A stretch of DNA of 64,000 bases from Alkalispirochaeta sp. (GTDB lineage Bacteria > Spirochaetota > Spirochaetia > DSM-27196 > Alkalispirochaetaceae), in assembly GCA_965242725.1 (NCBI GenBank), contig CBDESZ010000018.1:160001-224000 (forward strand), written 5' to 3'. The number at the start of each line of letters is the position of its first letter. Position 1 is the first letter of the stretch. Made by a program: the position numbers and the translations under genes. Positions 11,232 through 21,766 of this stretch are shown here, in pieces. The notes under the pieces are model-generated. The model did no database searches. It was not told where the DNA came from and saw only the letters and a program-made list of their open reading frames with translations.

Positions 11232-12159
11232 GTGCCGACGGAAGACCACGTTACGGAGCAACGTCGACGCATTGAACTCTTGGTGTTCACATACCCCATC
11301 GCCGACATCGAGATAGAGAAACTCACATCGGGACATTTCGAAGATCGGAAGGCGGACCGTAAAACCTATGGGTATTCGGGACTGTCTGGCGGGGAAGATT
11401 TTCAGACATGGAAAGCCGGCGAGCTACAAGGGAAGGGCGTCTTAGTTATACCGGTAGAAGAGCGGGCTAATCTGCTCAAGAACGAGATCGGAAACAGGAA
11501 CGTGAACGCCGGGTTATCGGCGGTGAAAACGGCATACACGAATGGAGTCCACCGTCGAGCGATAGTTGTGAATCCTGTGGCAAGTGTGGGGAAGGTCCAG
11601 AAACGGACCAAATCCCGTGGGATTTTCACTCCGGCGGAGCTCCGGAAAATCTTCCTCGAACATACAGAATCATGGGGTTACGGCAAGCAGTATCGCGGGA
11701 ACAAGAACGCAAAGAGGCGGGGGACCGTACATGGGCCGTTCTCGCAATTCGAAGCTTGGTCATTTGGGTTGTTTGTTCGTCGCAACCACCGGAGAGAGGC
11801 CATCAGCGGTCCTCCTGTGCCGCTGGGAACATCTTCAGGATGATGTCCTGACATTCCCGGACGTGAAAGATCCTCGGAAAGACGGGCGCCAGGTTCCGTT
11901 TATTCCGGCCGTAGTTGAGGCCATTCGCAGCATTCCGAAAGGCGGGCCATTCATATGGGGATACGAGACCGGGCAGCCAATGGGGTACGCCTGGTTTGTG
12001 AAACGCTTCAACGCAATGATGAATTCTCTCGGTTTGCCGGAGTCGATGGACGGGATGAAGCGAACCCCGTATCCCTTCAAGGATACATCGGACACTCTCA
12101 GACGTATGGAGAGCGGGCGCTGTCGGCGTCGCAGGCGAGGTATAAGCGGCGGTGATTGA
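11232..12159 (+). pseudogene. Degraded tyrosine recombinase/integrase
   Basis: VNPVASV...RGIFTPAELRKIF, then a frame switch to ATTGERPSAVLLCRWEHL (box I), RTPYPFK (eroded HxxR) and, in another frame, YIGHS...ARY (box II); no good start codon or RBS; next to the tRNA 3' end. Confidence 0.75.
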
Positions 12160-12337
12160 AAAGAATAAGGGAGGTATTGCCGGTGGTTGAGGAGTGCCTT
12201 CTCTGAAAGCAGGCTGAATCAGATATCGATAGGATCTCTGTCGACGGAGAAAAAACTCCGCACCGTGTTATACTACTGGTCTCCGACAGAACAAAAAGTG
12301 ATCACATTCTTATTAGACTTTTCTCTGGAGGTAGCGG

Positions 12338-12910
12338 ATGGGAATTATAAAACCCGTGGCTGGTTTGTTGGTATTGTTGACGGTCCTCACGTCTTGTATA
12401 ACCACGACGTACTTAGAACCTGAAGATGGAATTGACCAGGTTGCGTTCGGGATAATCGAATTGGATGCTGAGGGATTTGGGAGCTACGGCGGGGCAAGCG
12501 TGAATGGTAACCACAAAAGCAGTATTGAATTAACATTCGAAAACCTGGACACCGGAGAAGAAATCAAAGTGAGATCACTGCGGCCGGCGGGACTGTTCAT
12601 TGTGCCGTTGGAGAATGGAGCGTCATACCGATTGACCAAGGGTTTGTTCAAGGAGCACGGCGACGACGGTGCTTGGGCGAACGTCTGGATTGATAGGACT
12701 ATGGCAACGAGGTTTGAATCGAATGATTCTGGGGTTGTGAATCTGGGACGTCTCCATTGGGTCGCGAATGCGGATGCTGCGCTTTATGAGATTACCTATG
12801 ACGACGAACCGGGTTTTGATATCGTGAAAACAGCCGTGGTCAACAAGTATCCAGAGTCAGAATGGTTGTTGCGCTCATGGTCAAACACTGAGATTGTCAG
12901 GGTCGAATAG
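12338..12910 (+). CDS. Lipoprotein of unknown function
   Basis: GGAGGT RBS; signal peptide with lipobox LTSC; 190 aa. Confidence 0.75.
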   Translation: MGIIKPVAGLLVLLTVLTSCITTTYLEPEDGIDQVAFGIIELDAEGFGSYGGASVNGNHKSSIELTFENLDTGEEIKVRSLRPAGLFIVPLENGASYRLTKGLFKEHGDDGAWANVWIDRTMATRFESNDSGVVNLGRLHWVANADAALYEITYDDEPGFDIVKTAVVNKYPESEWLLRSWSNTEIVRVE

Positions 12911-13209
12911 ACACGCCGCGATTTCTCCAATACGCGAGGCAAATGCCATGGAGGTTGAAGCGGTTGCTTAAGGTGTTTCCCGTCATCGAGATGATATTCA
13001 GTCATGAAAGAGGCAGAAGCTGAAGCTGTTCAGGAGGCCGGGACGAGGTACAGGCTAATCCGAATTTTCAAGTTTCCGTTGTGATCCGGTTCGTACCGAG
13101 ATATGATTCTTTTTACTCATCGACAAAAAGTCTCTAAGTTTAACGATTCAGTATTACTGAGTGCCGTCTTTTTCAAGGCGGTCCAAGGTATGACATCAAA
13201 GGAGATGCT

Positions 13210-13665
13210 ATGAACAAGGGACGCGGTCTTCTCGTCGCGGTCATCATTATGGTGGCGTTCGTCCTTGCCGGGTGTGACAGTACCGGTACGGGAGGCGGGA
13301 CATTTAATTCAAACGGGGCGACGTCGGGGACGATCACCATAACGAGTGTTTCGCCAAGCACAGGGCTGACCGACGGTACCTATACGTCATTCACGGTCGC
13401 CGTCGAGTATACCGCTGTGGGTGGCCGGGCGGAACTGGATGTCGGTTTCAATAATCAGGACAATATCAATGTATATAGTATGATTGGTGATGTCGTCGTG
13501 GAGGAGGGCAGCGGTAGTCATACATTCAATGTCAGTGCGACAACGAAAGATTGGGCGGCCGAAGGGGACTTCGAGGTAACCGTCGGCATCTCCGAATATC
13601 CTCACGGGGATACGTGGTCTCCGTTGGACAATGATTGGCAGGTATTGACCTTCGGCGGGATATAA
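13210..13665 (+). CDS. Lipoprotein of unknown function (G/T-rich tether, beta-sandwich-like body)
   Basis: AAGGAG RBS; lipobox LAGC; alternating beta-strand pattern; 151 aa. Confidence 0.8.
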   Translation: MNKGRGLLVAVIIMVAFVLAGCDSTGTGGGTFNSNGATSGTITITSVSPSTGLTDGTYTSFTVAVEYTAVGGRAELDVGFNNQDNINVYSMIGDVVVEEGSGSHTFNVSATTKDWAAEGDFEVTVGISEYPHGDTWSPLDNDWQVLTFGGI

Positions 13666-13722
13666 TCCGATATCCGACGACCTGTCCCCATACGCCAAAT
13701 TCCGGTACAATTCCGGGACATT

Positions 13723-15054
13723 ATGATAACCAGTGAAATAATTCGGTTTCTTGATACGGGACTGACCTCGACCCACGTTGCTCGGGAAATCAGCGCAAAA
13801 CTGACGGAAGCAGGATCCCGAGAACTGAATGACTCGTCGGCGGATCACATTTCTCCCGGTGACGTGGTTCACGTCGTATCGGGAGGATCGGTTGCGGCAT
13901 TCCACGCCGGGGATGCCCCGGGCGAGAGGGCGGCCGCTGTCATTGCCGCGGCTCATACCGACAGTCCCGGTATGCTCATGAAAGAGCGATCCGCCGAGCT
14001 GGTCGACGGGTTTCTGCAGATTCCTGTGGAAGTTTACGGCGGCCCGATTATCGCGACGTGGATCGACAGGGAGCTCATGATTGCCGGCCACGTCGCCCTG
14101 CGCGGTGGTGACGACGGCCCTGGTGAAATCGTCTCTTTTTCCAGCAGAAGGGCGTGGGGAGTCATACCCAATCTGGCGATACACTTCAATCGTGAAATGA
14201 ACGATTCCCTCAGCTACAACCGCCAGGACCATTTGAAAGTTCTGATACCCGCGAGTTCTCACCAATCGGAAGGGGAAAACGACGGAGCGACGATTTTCCG
14301 ACATCTGATCGCCGAAGAAATGGATGTTTCCGCCGATGCCATTATCGACATGGAGCTCTTTGTCCTCCCTGCAGCGTCGGCGTCGGCAGTCGGTCCCGGG
14401 GGAGAGATGCTTGTATCCGGCAGAATAGATAATCTCGCGGGATGCATATCTGTTCTGGACGGCTTCCTGGAGTCGGCAAGGACTCGCACGTCCCACGGGA
14501 AAGTTGCGCTGTTCTTCGATCACGAGGAGATAGGCAGCACAACCTCCACCGGTGCCGCCGGCAATCTCGCGATGCAGGGGGTGCGGCGTTTCCTGCGTGC
14601 CCTCTATGGACCGTCAGTCGGTGTAGACGCTACGCTGCGCCGGTCTGTTCTCATTTCAAACGACTGTGCCCATGCACGTCATCCCAATTACCGCGACAAA
14701 CATGACGGCGGATATGCGCCGCGCATCGGAGGCGGTCCGGTCATAAAGAAGAGCGCCATTCGCCGCTACGCCACCGATCTCGCCGTTGCCGCGTGGTTCG
14801 CCTCGGCCTGTGAGCGCGCCGGGTTTGCTCCCCAGTATCTGCAAAACCGTTCCGATATTCCCGCGGGATCAACGATCGGTCCTGCCGTTGCTTCCCGGCT
14901 CACAGTTCCCGGTGTCGATGTGGGCGTCCCGATGCTGGCGATGCATTCGGCCCGGGAAACGGCATCGGTTTCCGATATCGAAGGGATGGCGCGCGTTCTT
15001 GCTGATCTGTACGCCCGCGGCTACTCTGCGGGCTCCGGTGAGGGAACAGAATGA
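13723..15054 (+). CDS. M18 family (aspartyl-type) aminopeptidase
   Basis: AHTDSP, VEVYGG..WIDREL, RIDNLAG, FDHEEIGS, AHARHPNY, GSTIGP, LAMHSARE. Confidence 0.92.
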   Translation: MITSEIIRFLDTGLTSTHVAREISAKLTEAGSRELNDSSADHISPGDVVHVVSGGSVAAFHAGDAPGERAAAVIAAAHTDSPGMLMKERSAELVDGFLQIPVEVYGGPIIATWIDRELMIAGHVALRGGDDGPGEIVSFSSRRAWGVIPNLAIHFNREMNDSLSYNRQDHLKVLIPASSHQSEGENDGATIFRHLIAEEMDVSADAIIDMELFVLPAASASAVGPGGEMLVSGRIDNLAGCISVLDGFLESARTRTSHGKVALFFDHEEIGSTTSTGAAGNLAMQGVRRFLRALYGPSVGVDATLRRSVLISNDCAHARHPNYRDKHDGGYAPRIGGGPVIKKSAIRRYATDLAVAAWFASACERAGFAPQYLQNRSDIPAGSTIGPAVASRLTVPGVDVGVPMLAMHSARETASVSDIEGMARVLADLYARGYSAGSGEGTE

Positions 15055-15557
15055 AAGCTGTGACCTTTTTTCGACACGCCAAATCTGAGCGGGAACGACA
15101 CGGTTCGGGTGATTTCGATCGGCCCCTCACGGAACGGGGACGGGAAGATTGCGGCCGTATCGGTACCATCATTCCATTCATGCTTCCGCCGCCGCAGATT
15201 TTTCTGACCTCACCGGCCCGCCGGGCAAAAGAAACGGCCGTCCTTCTGTCGGAAGCGGCGGCAAAAAGTCGGGCAATGCCCATTCCGTCGCCGGAAGAAC
15301 ACGATGCGCTCTATCTCGCCGACGAAGACACGGTGTGGGATTTCTGTCATTCCGCTCTTATGGAGGCCGACGAAGTGTGGATTTGCGGTCACAATCCGGG
15401 CATATCCGAGGCCCTTGCCATGCTTTCCGGCCTCGCCCTCTACGATATACCGACCCTCGGTACGGCGAGAGTCGTCTTTTCCGAGCTGTCACCGTCACCT
15501 CCGGTCGGTAAACTCGTCTTCTACGATACCCCCAGGAATCATCGAGGTCACCCGTGA
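15051..15557 (+). CDS. Histidine phosphatase, SixA family
   Basis: RHAKS, DFDRPLTERG, SPARRAKET, GHNPG. Confidence 0.88.
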   Translation: MKAVTFFRHAKSERERHGSGDFDRPLTERGREDCGRIGTIIPFMLPPPQIFLTSPARRAKETAVLLSEAAAKSRAMPIPSPEEHDALYLADEDTVWDFCHSALMEADEVWICGHNPGISEALAMLSGLALYDIPTLGTARVVFSELSPSPPVGKLVFYDTPRNHRGHP

Positions 15558-16279
15558 ACGCCGGGCCGGTCGAAACGGGCGGTCGTGATTGGTCCATCGT
15601 CCTCATCCAACCCGCCCGTGGCGGCAATATCGGTGCCGCTGCACGGGCAATGAAGACTATGGGATTTACCGACTTGCGAGTTGTCGATCCGTCGGGTACG
15701 GCGCCCCTGGATGACCCGGAAGCGGCGGCGTTTGCCCACGGTTCCACTGAAATTCTTGCCGCCGCGACGAGGTGGGATTCCCTTGCCGACGCTCTGGCAG
15801 ACTGTGACACCGTCGTAGGCACAACGGGACGACGGAGAGGGAACCGGTCGGAGCTCTACACGCCTGAAGATCTGATACCGCTTCTTACCGACGGTCCGGC
15901 CGCCCGCCGCGTCGCCGTCGTCTTCGGACCCGAAGAGCGGGGTCTGAGCAATGACGAGCTTGACCAGTGCGACATCGTCAGTGCCATTCCCATGCGTGCC
16001 GCCTATCCCTCTCTCAATCTGGGACAGGCGGTGATGGTTTATACCTACGCCCTTTCCCCCCTTCTCTTTGCCACCAGAAAGAAGGAAGAGGGATTGCCGG
16101 CCGACGGAAGCGTACGGTCAATACGGGAAAAGACGAAACGAGTGCTTCCACATCTCGGATTTGATCCGGGCCGGGCAATTACAACACGTATTCTGGAACG
16201 GGTAGTACTGGTCTCGGAAACAGATACCAAACTGATACATTCACTCTTGAACGCTCTGGAAAAACGAATTATCCCGTAG
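15554..16279 (+). CDS. trmJ: SpoU/TrmH-family tRNA methyltransferase (TrmJ/LasT type)
   Basis: GNIGAAARAMKTMG, VFGPEERGLSNDEL, YPSLNLGQAV. Confidence 0.88.
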   Translation: MNAGPVETGGRDWSIVLIQPARGGNIGAAARAMKTMGFTDLRVVDPSGTAPLDDPEAAAFAHGSTEILAAATRWDSLADALADCDTVVGTTGRRRGNRSELYTPEDLIPLLTDGPAARRVAVVFGPEERGLSNDELDQCDIVSAIPMRAAYPSLNLGQAVMVYTYALSPLLFATRKKEEGLPADGSVRSIREKTKRVLPHLGFDPGRAITTRILERVVLVSETDTKLIHSLLNALEKRIIP

Positions 16280-16990
16280 CGCGCCGTCCCGCAGCAGCCT
16301 GTCCACATCGTTCCAGAGTGATGTTAAAGGCAAGGGCGCCGTGAACGTAAGCGGCAGCGAAAGGGTCGGATGGGGCGTCGTGAGGCGCCACGCATAGAGG
16401 CCGATGCTGCGATCCCGCATCGGTCTGCGTGCACCGTATCGGGCGTCGCCAAGGATGTTCCATCCCCGATGCGCAAGTTGAGCGCGAATCTGATGGTGCC
16501 GGCCCGTCTTCAGCCGGACCAGCAATACCGTGTGATGGGTGGTCCTGCCGACGATGCGATAATGAAGTACAGCTTCTTTTCCACCGGCGGTGCCGCGTCC
16601 GCCCGTGGCCACCACCGTGGTTGTCGGATTCGCGGTGTCGACGGTAAGGATGTCCGCGAGCTCTCCTTCCTCACGGTCCGGCGGCGACGTCACGATCGCG
16701 ACGTAGAATCGCGCGGCCCGCTGATGTGCAAATGCGTCGTAGAAGAAGGGAAGGGTTTCTTTTCTTCTTCCGAGAAGAACGATGCCGCCGACGGGTTGAT
16801 CAATGCGATGAATGAGCTGCAACTCAGGTTCTTCCAGCGTCCGGCGCCAGTGGTCCAGAAGTGGTGCCGGAGCGGGTTTCCCGTTTCGGCCCCCTCTCTT
16901 ACCGGTACCGCCACGATCGCCGCCCACCGGTTCTCCAGCCGCCTTGTTGATCACCACCAGATCGCTGTCCAGGAAGAGTAATTCGCCCAT
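16241..16990 (-). CDS. RluA-family pseudouridine synthase
   Basis: VINKAAG, HRIDQPVGG, LKTGRHHQIRAQL, ILGDARYG. Confidence 0.9.
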   Translation of the reverse strand: MGELLFLDSDLVVINKAAGEPVGGDRGGTGKRGGRNGKPAPAPLLDHWRRTLEEPELQLIHRIDQPVGGIVLLGRRKETLPFFYDAFAHQRAARFYVAIVTSPPDREEGELADILTVDTANPTTTVVATGGRGTAGGKEAVLHYRIVGRTTHHTVLLVRLKTGRHHQIRAQLAHRGWNILGDARYGARRPMRDRSIGLYAWRLTTPHPTLSLPLTFTAPLPLTSLWNDVDRLLRDGALRDNSFFQSVQE

Positions 16991-17036
16991 GTCTCTATGG
17001 ATACACATTCGGCCCCTCTTAGGCCATACTGTGACG

Positions 17037-17717
17037 GTGAGAATTGTACATCTTCACGAGCTATGCCCGTCCGGAGCGTCATCACTACCCGAACTGATGA
17101 CGGAGGTCGAACAAAAAAGAAAAAAACTTCTTCCCGATCTCACCGTCGTGACCGGAGGTATTTCCGATGATGTTCTCGGGTGGTATGAAGGCCGTTCCGA
17201 TGCCGAAAAAAGTGACGGTGAGATGCTGTTCGTACCCGGCGGCGGAGACCGCCGCGTGCGCTTTGAAAGGGCTTTCGGCAGGCGGTACCGGCTGGACTCA
17301 ACCGGGTACGGACGTCTTGACCGCGTCGTCACCGTCGGCGGTCTTCCCCTTCTTCTCGTCGATACCGCCGACGGAGCACCTGAGGAAACACAGCTTCTAT
17401 GGATCCGATCGGTGACCGATGAGCTGGTTGGTGCAGCGAACCGGGGAATTTCATTGCCGATGATCCTGCTCTTTTCCCACCGTTCCCTTGATGCGTCGTC
17501 CCTCAATGATGATACCTCCCGGACGATCCGGGAGATCACTCTGCAGGCACGGAGAAAGGGGGTGGCCCTCTACACTTTTTCCGGGGATGAGAGGTGTCTG
17601 TTTTCGGAAGAAACGGGCGGGGTCGGGGGACACCCGTTGTCGCCGTTTCATATCGACAAGTCCGGTCGTCTCATAGAAATCACCGGCGACGGACGGGTTA
17701 CCACCGGGATCATCTAA
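17037..17717 (+). CDS. Calcineurin-like metallophosphoesterase-fold protein with degenerate metal ligands
   Basis: MRIVHLHEL, PDLTVVTGGISD, FVPGGGD, LLLVDT, QLLWI, LFSHR and FSGDER follow CpdA-type motif order; GTG start inferred. Confidence 0.6.
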   Translation: MRIVHLHELCPSGASSLPELMTEVEQKRKKLLPDLTVVTGGISDDVLGWYEGRSDAEKSDGEMLFVPGGGDRRVRFERAFGRRYRLDSTGYGRLDRVVTVGGLPLLLVDTADGAPEETQLLWIRSVTDELVGAANRGISLPMILLFSHRSLDASSLNDDTSRTIREITLQARRKGVALYTFSGDERCLFSEETGGVGGHPLSPFHIDKSGRLIEITGDGRVTTGII

Positions 17718-17778
17718 TTTGAGTCACCCCGGGGCGGAGCGGTTTTCAATCGCCCTGCCTTGGTGTATTCTCCGAGGT

Positions 17779-18351
17779 ATGCAAACACCCGATAGAGATG
17801 CTGCGTTTACCCTGTTACGGACGTATACAAAGAGCGAAAGTCTCATTCATCACGCCCTTTCCGTCGAGGCGGTCATGCGCCACTACGCCGAAAAATATGG
17901 CGAGGACCCGGAAAAGTGGGGCATCATCGGACTCGTTCACGACCTTGATTGGGAACAATTTCCCGATCAGCATTGCACAAAGACAACGGAGATCCTTACC
18001 GGGGAGAATTGGCCGGCCGATTGGATTCGGGCGGTAAGGAGTCACGCATGGGGGATGTTTACCGACGACAAACCGGAACATCCGATGGAGAAGGTGTTGT
18101 ACACAATAGATGAGCTCACGGGATTGATTACGGCGACCGCTCTCGTGCGGCCGTCAAAGAGCATTCTCGATATGAAAAGCAAGTCGGTAAAGAAGAAATG
18201 GAAGGAAAAATCGTTTGCCGCCGGCGCAAACCGTGAGGTGATCACCAACGGGGCTGAAATGATGGGGGCCTCTCTGGACGATGTCATCACGGATACATTG
18301 GCGGGTATGCAGACGGTGGCGTCGGAAATCGGTCTGGCAGGGGAGAACTGA
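17779..18351 (+). CDS. HD-domain (HDIG-like) phosphohydrolase
   Basis: [20 protein letters not shown] and SH motifs, [23 protein letters not shown]. Confidence 0.88.
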   Translation: MQTPDRDAAFTLLRTYTKSESLIHHALSVEAVMRHYAEKYGEDPEKWGIIGLVHDLDWEQFPDQHCTKTTEILTGENWPADWIRAVRSHAWGMFTDDKPEHPMEKVLYTIDELTGLITATALVRPSKSILDMKSKSVKKKWKEKSFAAGANREVITNGAEMMGASLDDVITDTLAGMQTVASEIGLAGEN

Positions 18352-18355
18352 TATC

Positions 18356-20050
18356 ATGGACAGCACGACGGGACTCGATTTTGTGCGCACAATCGTTGCG
18401 GAGGACGTCAAGAACGGAAAGAATGAGAGCCGGGTACATACACGGTTTCCGCCGGAACCCAACGGATACCTCCATATCGGCCATGCCAAGTCGATCGTTC
18501 TCAACTTCGGCATTTCCGAAGAGTTCAACGGGAAGTGCAACCTTCGATTCGATGATACAAACCCGACAAAAGAAGATGTGGAATATGTGGAGTCCATCCA
18601 GGAAGATATCCGGTGGTTGGGGTTTGACTGGGAAGACCGGATGTACTTTGCATCCGACTATTTTGAACAGCTCTATCAGTGGGCGGAGTATCTCGTCACT
18701 CATGGTCTCGCATACGTCGATGAACTCAACGCCGAGCAGATACGGGAATACCGGGGCACCCCGACGAAAGCGGGAAAAAACAGCCCGTTCCGTGACCGCC
18801 CGGCCGAGGAGAGTCTGTATCTCCTGCGCCGCATGCGGGGAGGGGAGTTTCCCGACGGCGCGATGATCCTCCGCGCCAGGATCGACATGGCCCATTCCAA
18901 CATAAACATGCGCGATCCCGCGCTCTATCGCATTCGACACGCCCGCCACCATCGCACGGGTACGGAATGGTGTATTTATCCAACCTATGATTTTGCCCAC
19001 GGTCAGTCCGATGCGATTGAAGGAATCACCCACTCAATATGCACCCTTGAGTTTGAGAACCACCGGCCGCTGTACGACTGGTTCATAGAACAGCTTCCCG
19101 TTCCCCATACGCCGCGACAGATCGAGTTTGCCCGTCTCAACCTCACCTATACAGTCATGAGTAAACGGAAGCTGCTGCGTCTCGTCCAGGAGGGATTTGT
19201 CGACGGTTGGGACGATCCCAGGATGCCGACGATCAGCGGTCTCCGGCGGAGAGGGTACACTCCCGAGGCAATTCGAAACTTCTGCCGTCTCATAGGTGTC
19301 TCCAAGACGAACAGCACCGTCGATCTTTCATTGCTCGAGTTCAGTCTGCGGGAGGATCTCAACGTACGGGCACGGCGGTACATGGCGGTAACCGATCCAA
19401 TAAAGCTTACAATCACAAACTGGCCGGAGGGTCACGTCGAGTGGTTTGATGCAGTAAACAATCCTGAAGACGACTCTCAGGGTTCCCGATCCATTCCCTT
19501 CACAGGCAATCTGTATGTGGAACGAGACGACTATTTGGATGATCCGCCACGCAAGTGGTTTCGTCTGGCGAAGGGAAAGGAAGTGCGCCTGAAGCACGCA
19601 TATTTTGTCACCTGCAACGATGTCGTCTATGACGATGAAGGGAATGTCCTGGAACTTCTCTGCACTTACGATCCGGAATCACGGGGCGGAGAGAGCCCCG
19701 ACGGCCGCAAGGTGAAAGGGACGCTCCATTGGGTGACCCGGGAGCACGCGAAACCGGCGGAAATTCGATTTTATGAAGCCCTTTTTGACCGTGAAAATCC
19801 CGACGATGTCGAGGAGGGGGAAGACTTCACCGTCGCCTTGAACCCCCAATCCCTGAAAATTTCCCGCGGATATGTGGAACCGTCGCTTGCGAAGCTCCCT
19901 GAGGGGGAAGCCGTTCAGTTTCTCCGTATCGGATACTTCTGCAAGGACCGCAAATACTGCACCGACGACAACCTCGTTTTTAACCGTGCCGTTACGCTGA
20001 AAGACAGCTGGGCACGGGTGCTTCGTAATAAGCGGGAAAACGAAAAATAG
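18356..20050 (+). CDS. glnS: Glutamine--tRNA ligase
   Basis: [64 protein letters not shown]. Confidence 0.96.
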   Translation: MDSTTGLDFVRTIVAEDVKNGKNESRVHTRFPPEPNGYLHIGHAKSIVLNFGISEEFNGKCNLRFDDTNPTKEDVEYVESIQEDIRWLGFDWEDRMYFASDYFEQLYQWAEYLVTHGLAYVDELNAEQIREYRGTPTKAGKNSPFRDRPAEESLYLLRRMRGGEFPDGAMILRARIDMAHSNINMRDPALYRIRHARHHRTGTEWCIYPTYDFAHGQSDAIEGITHSICTLEFENHRPLYDWFIEQLPVPHTPRQIEFARLNLTYTVMSKRKLLRLVQEGFVDGWDDPRMPTISGLRRRGYTPEAIRNFCRLIGVSKTNSTVDLSLLEFSLREDLNVRARRYMAVTDPIKLTITNWPEGHVEWFDAVNNPEDDSQGSRSIPFTGNLYVERDDYLDDPPRKWFRLAKGKEVRLKHAYFVTCNDVVYDDEGNVLELLCTYDPESRGGESPDGRKVKGTLHWVTREHAKPAEIRFYEALFDRENPDDVEEGEDFTVALNPQSLKISRGYVEPSLAKLPEGEAVQFLRIGYFCKDRKYCTDDNLVFNRAVTLKDSWARVLRNKRENEK

Positions 20051-20078
20051 GATATTTCGGACAGTGAGCGCCGTCGTC

Positions 20079-21755
20079 TTAACTCGTTACGGCGCCCGTA
20101 CCGGCGGAACTGCACAACTGGGCAAATTTCCACAGTGCACCGCGATGGTAGCCGTTGTCCCTGGGTTTCCACTCGTTCCGCCGAAGAGTAATCTCTTCCG
20201 CCGACAACTTCACCGACAGTTCCTTCTTCCGGGTACTGATGGTGATGATGTCACCGTCCCGCAGGAGGGCGATCATTCCGCCCACCTGTGCCTCAGGCGC
20301 AACGTGACCGACGACCATACCGTGGGAACCTCCGGAAAAACGTCCATCCGTGATGAGAGCCACTTCCTTACTCAACCCCGCCCCGGCAATCGCCGCGGTG
20401 GGAGCGAGCATTTCACGCATACCCGGGCCGCCCTTGGGACCTTCATAGCGGATCACAACGACGTCTCCCGAGGAGACACCGTCATTGAGGATCGCATCGA
20501 GGGCCGCCTCTTCATTGTCAAAGACGCGGGCAGGTCCTGTATGCTCAAACTCGTTGAGACCGCATGTCTTTACCACGGCGCCTTCTTCAGCGAGGTTGCC
20601 TTTCAGTATGGCGATCGGACCGCGCTCCTGCTCGGGATTCTCAAAGGAGTGGACCACATCCTGACCATCGAGGGTGACGGTGACATCTTTCAGGTTCTCC
20701 GCGACGGTCTTTCCCGTCACGGTCATGCAGTCGCCGTGCAGCATGCCCCTGTCCAGGAGCATTTTCATGACCATCTGCATACCGCCGGCGTGGTAGAGAT
20801 CCTCCATGACGTACCGTCCCGCCGGTTTCATGTCGGTCAGAATGGGTGTCGTGTCGTAAAAGGCATTGAAATCGTCAATTCCGAGGGGAACATCCACCTC
20901 ATGAGCCATCGCCAGGAGGTGGAGCACCGAATTGGTACTTCCCCCCAGTGCCATCACAACTCGTATCGCATTTTCAAACGCCTTTCTGGTCATGATCGAA
21001 CGTGGCGTAATGTCATGTTTCAGACAGTGCATAAGCGCGTCGGCGCTCGCTTCCATCGCCCATTGCCGGTGCGGACTGACTGCCGGTACCGATGCACTCC
21101 CTGGAATGCTCATGCCGAGGGCTTCCACCGCGGAGGCCATCGTATTTGCCGTGTACATGCCGCCGCATGCTCCCGCACCGGGACACGCCGCGGCCTCGAT
21201 TCCTTTCCGCTCCTCTTCGGTGATCTTCCCGGCCGAATAGGCTCCCACCGCCTCAAAAGCACTGACGATGTCCACCTTCCGTCCCTTGTAGAGACCCGCC
21301 GCGATCGTTCCGCCGTAGACAAAGACGGAGGGAATATCCATGCGGGCGAGGCCCATGACGGTCCCGGGTATCGTCTTGTCGCATCCGCCGATACCAAGGA
21401 GGGCATCCATTTGGTGTCCCCGGGCATCCAGCTCTATCACGTCCGCGATCGTCTCACGGGAGATGAGAGACGCTTTCATACCCTCATGACCCATCGCCTC
21501 ACCATCGGTGACGACGAAGGTGTGGAAGGACATCGGCATTGCGCCGAGCGATTTCAGACGCTCCTTCGAGATGAGGGCGATCTCATCATGATGGACGTTG
21601 CAGGGACTCACATCGCTGCCGGCGCTTGCGATGCCGATGATCGGCTTGGTGAAATCATTGTCGCCGAAGCCGACGGCGCGCAGCATCGCCCGATTGGCGG
21701 TCCGTTCCACCCCCTGCGTCATTATTCTTGAGCGTTTGTTCAGTTCCTTGCCCAT
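20079..21755 (-). CDS. ilvD: Dihydroxy-acid dehydratase
   Basis: [49 protein letters not shown]. Confidence 0.96.
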   Translation of the reverse strand: MGKELNKRSRIMTQGVERTANRAMLRAVGFGDNDFTKPIIGIASAGSDVSPCNVHHDEIALISKERLKSLGAMPMSFHTFVVTDGEAMGHEGMKASLISRETIADVIELDARGHQMDALLGIGGCDKTIPGTVMGLARMDIPSVFVYGGTIAAGLYKGRKVDIVSAFEAVGAYSAGKITEEERKGIEAAACPGAGACGGMYTANTMASAVEALGMSIPGSASVPAVSPHRQWAMEASADALMHCLKHDITPRSIMTRKAFENAIRVVMALGGSTNSVLHLLAMAHEVDVPLGIDDFNAFYDTTPILTDMKPAGRYVMEDLYHAGGMQMVMKMLLDRGMLHGDCMTVTGKTVAENLKDVTVTLDGQDVVHSFENPEQERGPIAILKGNLAEEGAVVKTCGLNEFEHTGPARVFDNEEAALDAILNDGVSSGDVVVIRYEGPKGGPGMREMLAPTAAIAGAGLSKEVALITDGRFSGGSHGMVVGHVAPEAQVGGMIALLRDGDIITISTRKKELSVKLSAEEITLRRNEWKPRDNGYHRGALWKFAQLCSSAGTGAVTS

Positions 21756-21766
21756 AGTCCCTCCTG

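Larger units (their letters stand above)
11123..13680. mobile_element. Remnant genomic islet at tRNA-Val
   Basis: Integrase pseudogene plus two orphan lipoprotein genes, long AT-richer spacers and codon style unlike the flanks; right boundary approximate, no attR copy found. Confidence 0.55.

Noticed and set aside
12911..13209. Possible integron attC sites or c-di-GMP-I riboswitch between the islet lipoproteins (GGCAAA...GGTTGC)
   Set aside because: No RYYYAAC/GTTRRRY pair with a palindromic core, no GAAA tetraloop/GCAAAG elements, and the integrase remnant shows no IntI features
13666..13722. attR direct repeat of the tRNA-Val 3' end
   Set aside because: No copy of TTCAAATCCCTCTTCGCCCA found by eye here or elsewhere downstream
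20064..21731. 555-aa ORF antisense to ilvD (similar shadows opposite ntpB 41639-43069, fusA 9795-10892, uvrA 47874-48929 and M18 13387-14523)
   Set aside because: They mirror well-conserved genes, have no recognisable motifs or RBS, and are expected from GC-rich codon usage that depletes antisense stop codons
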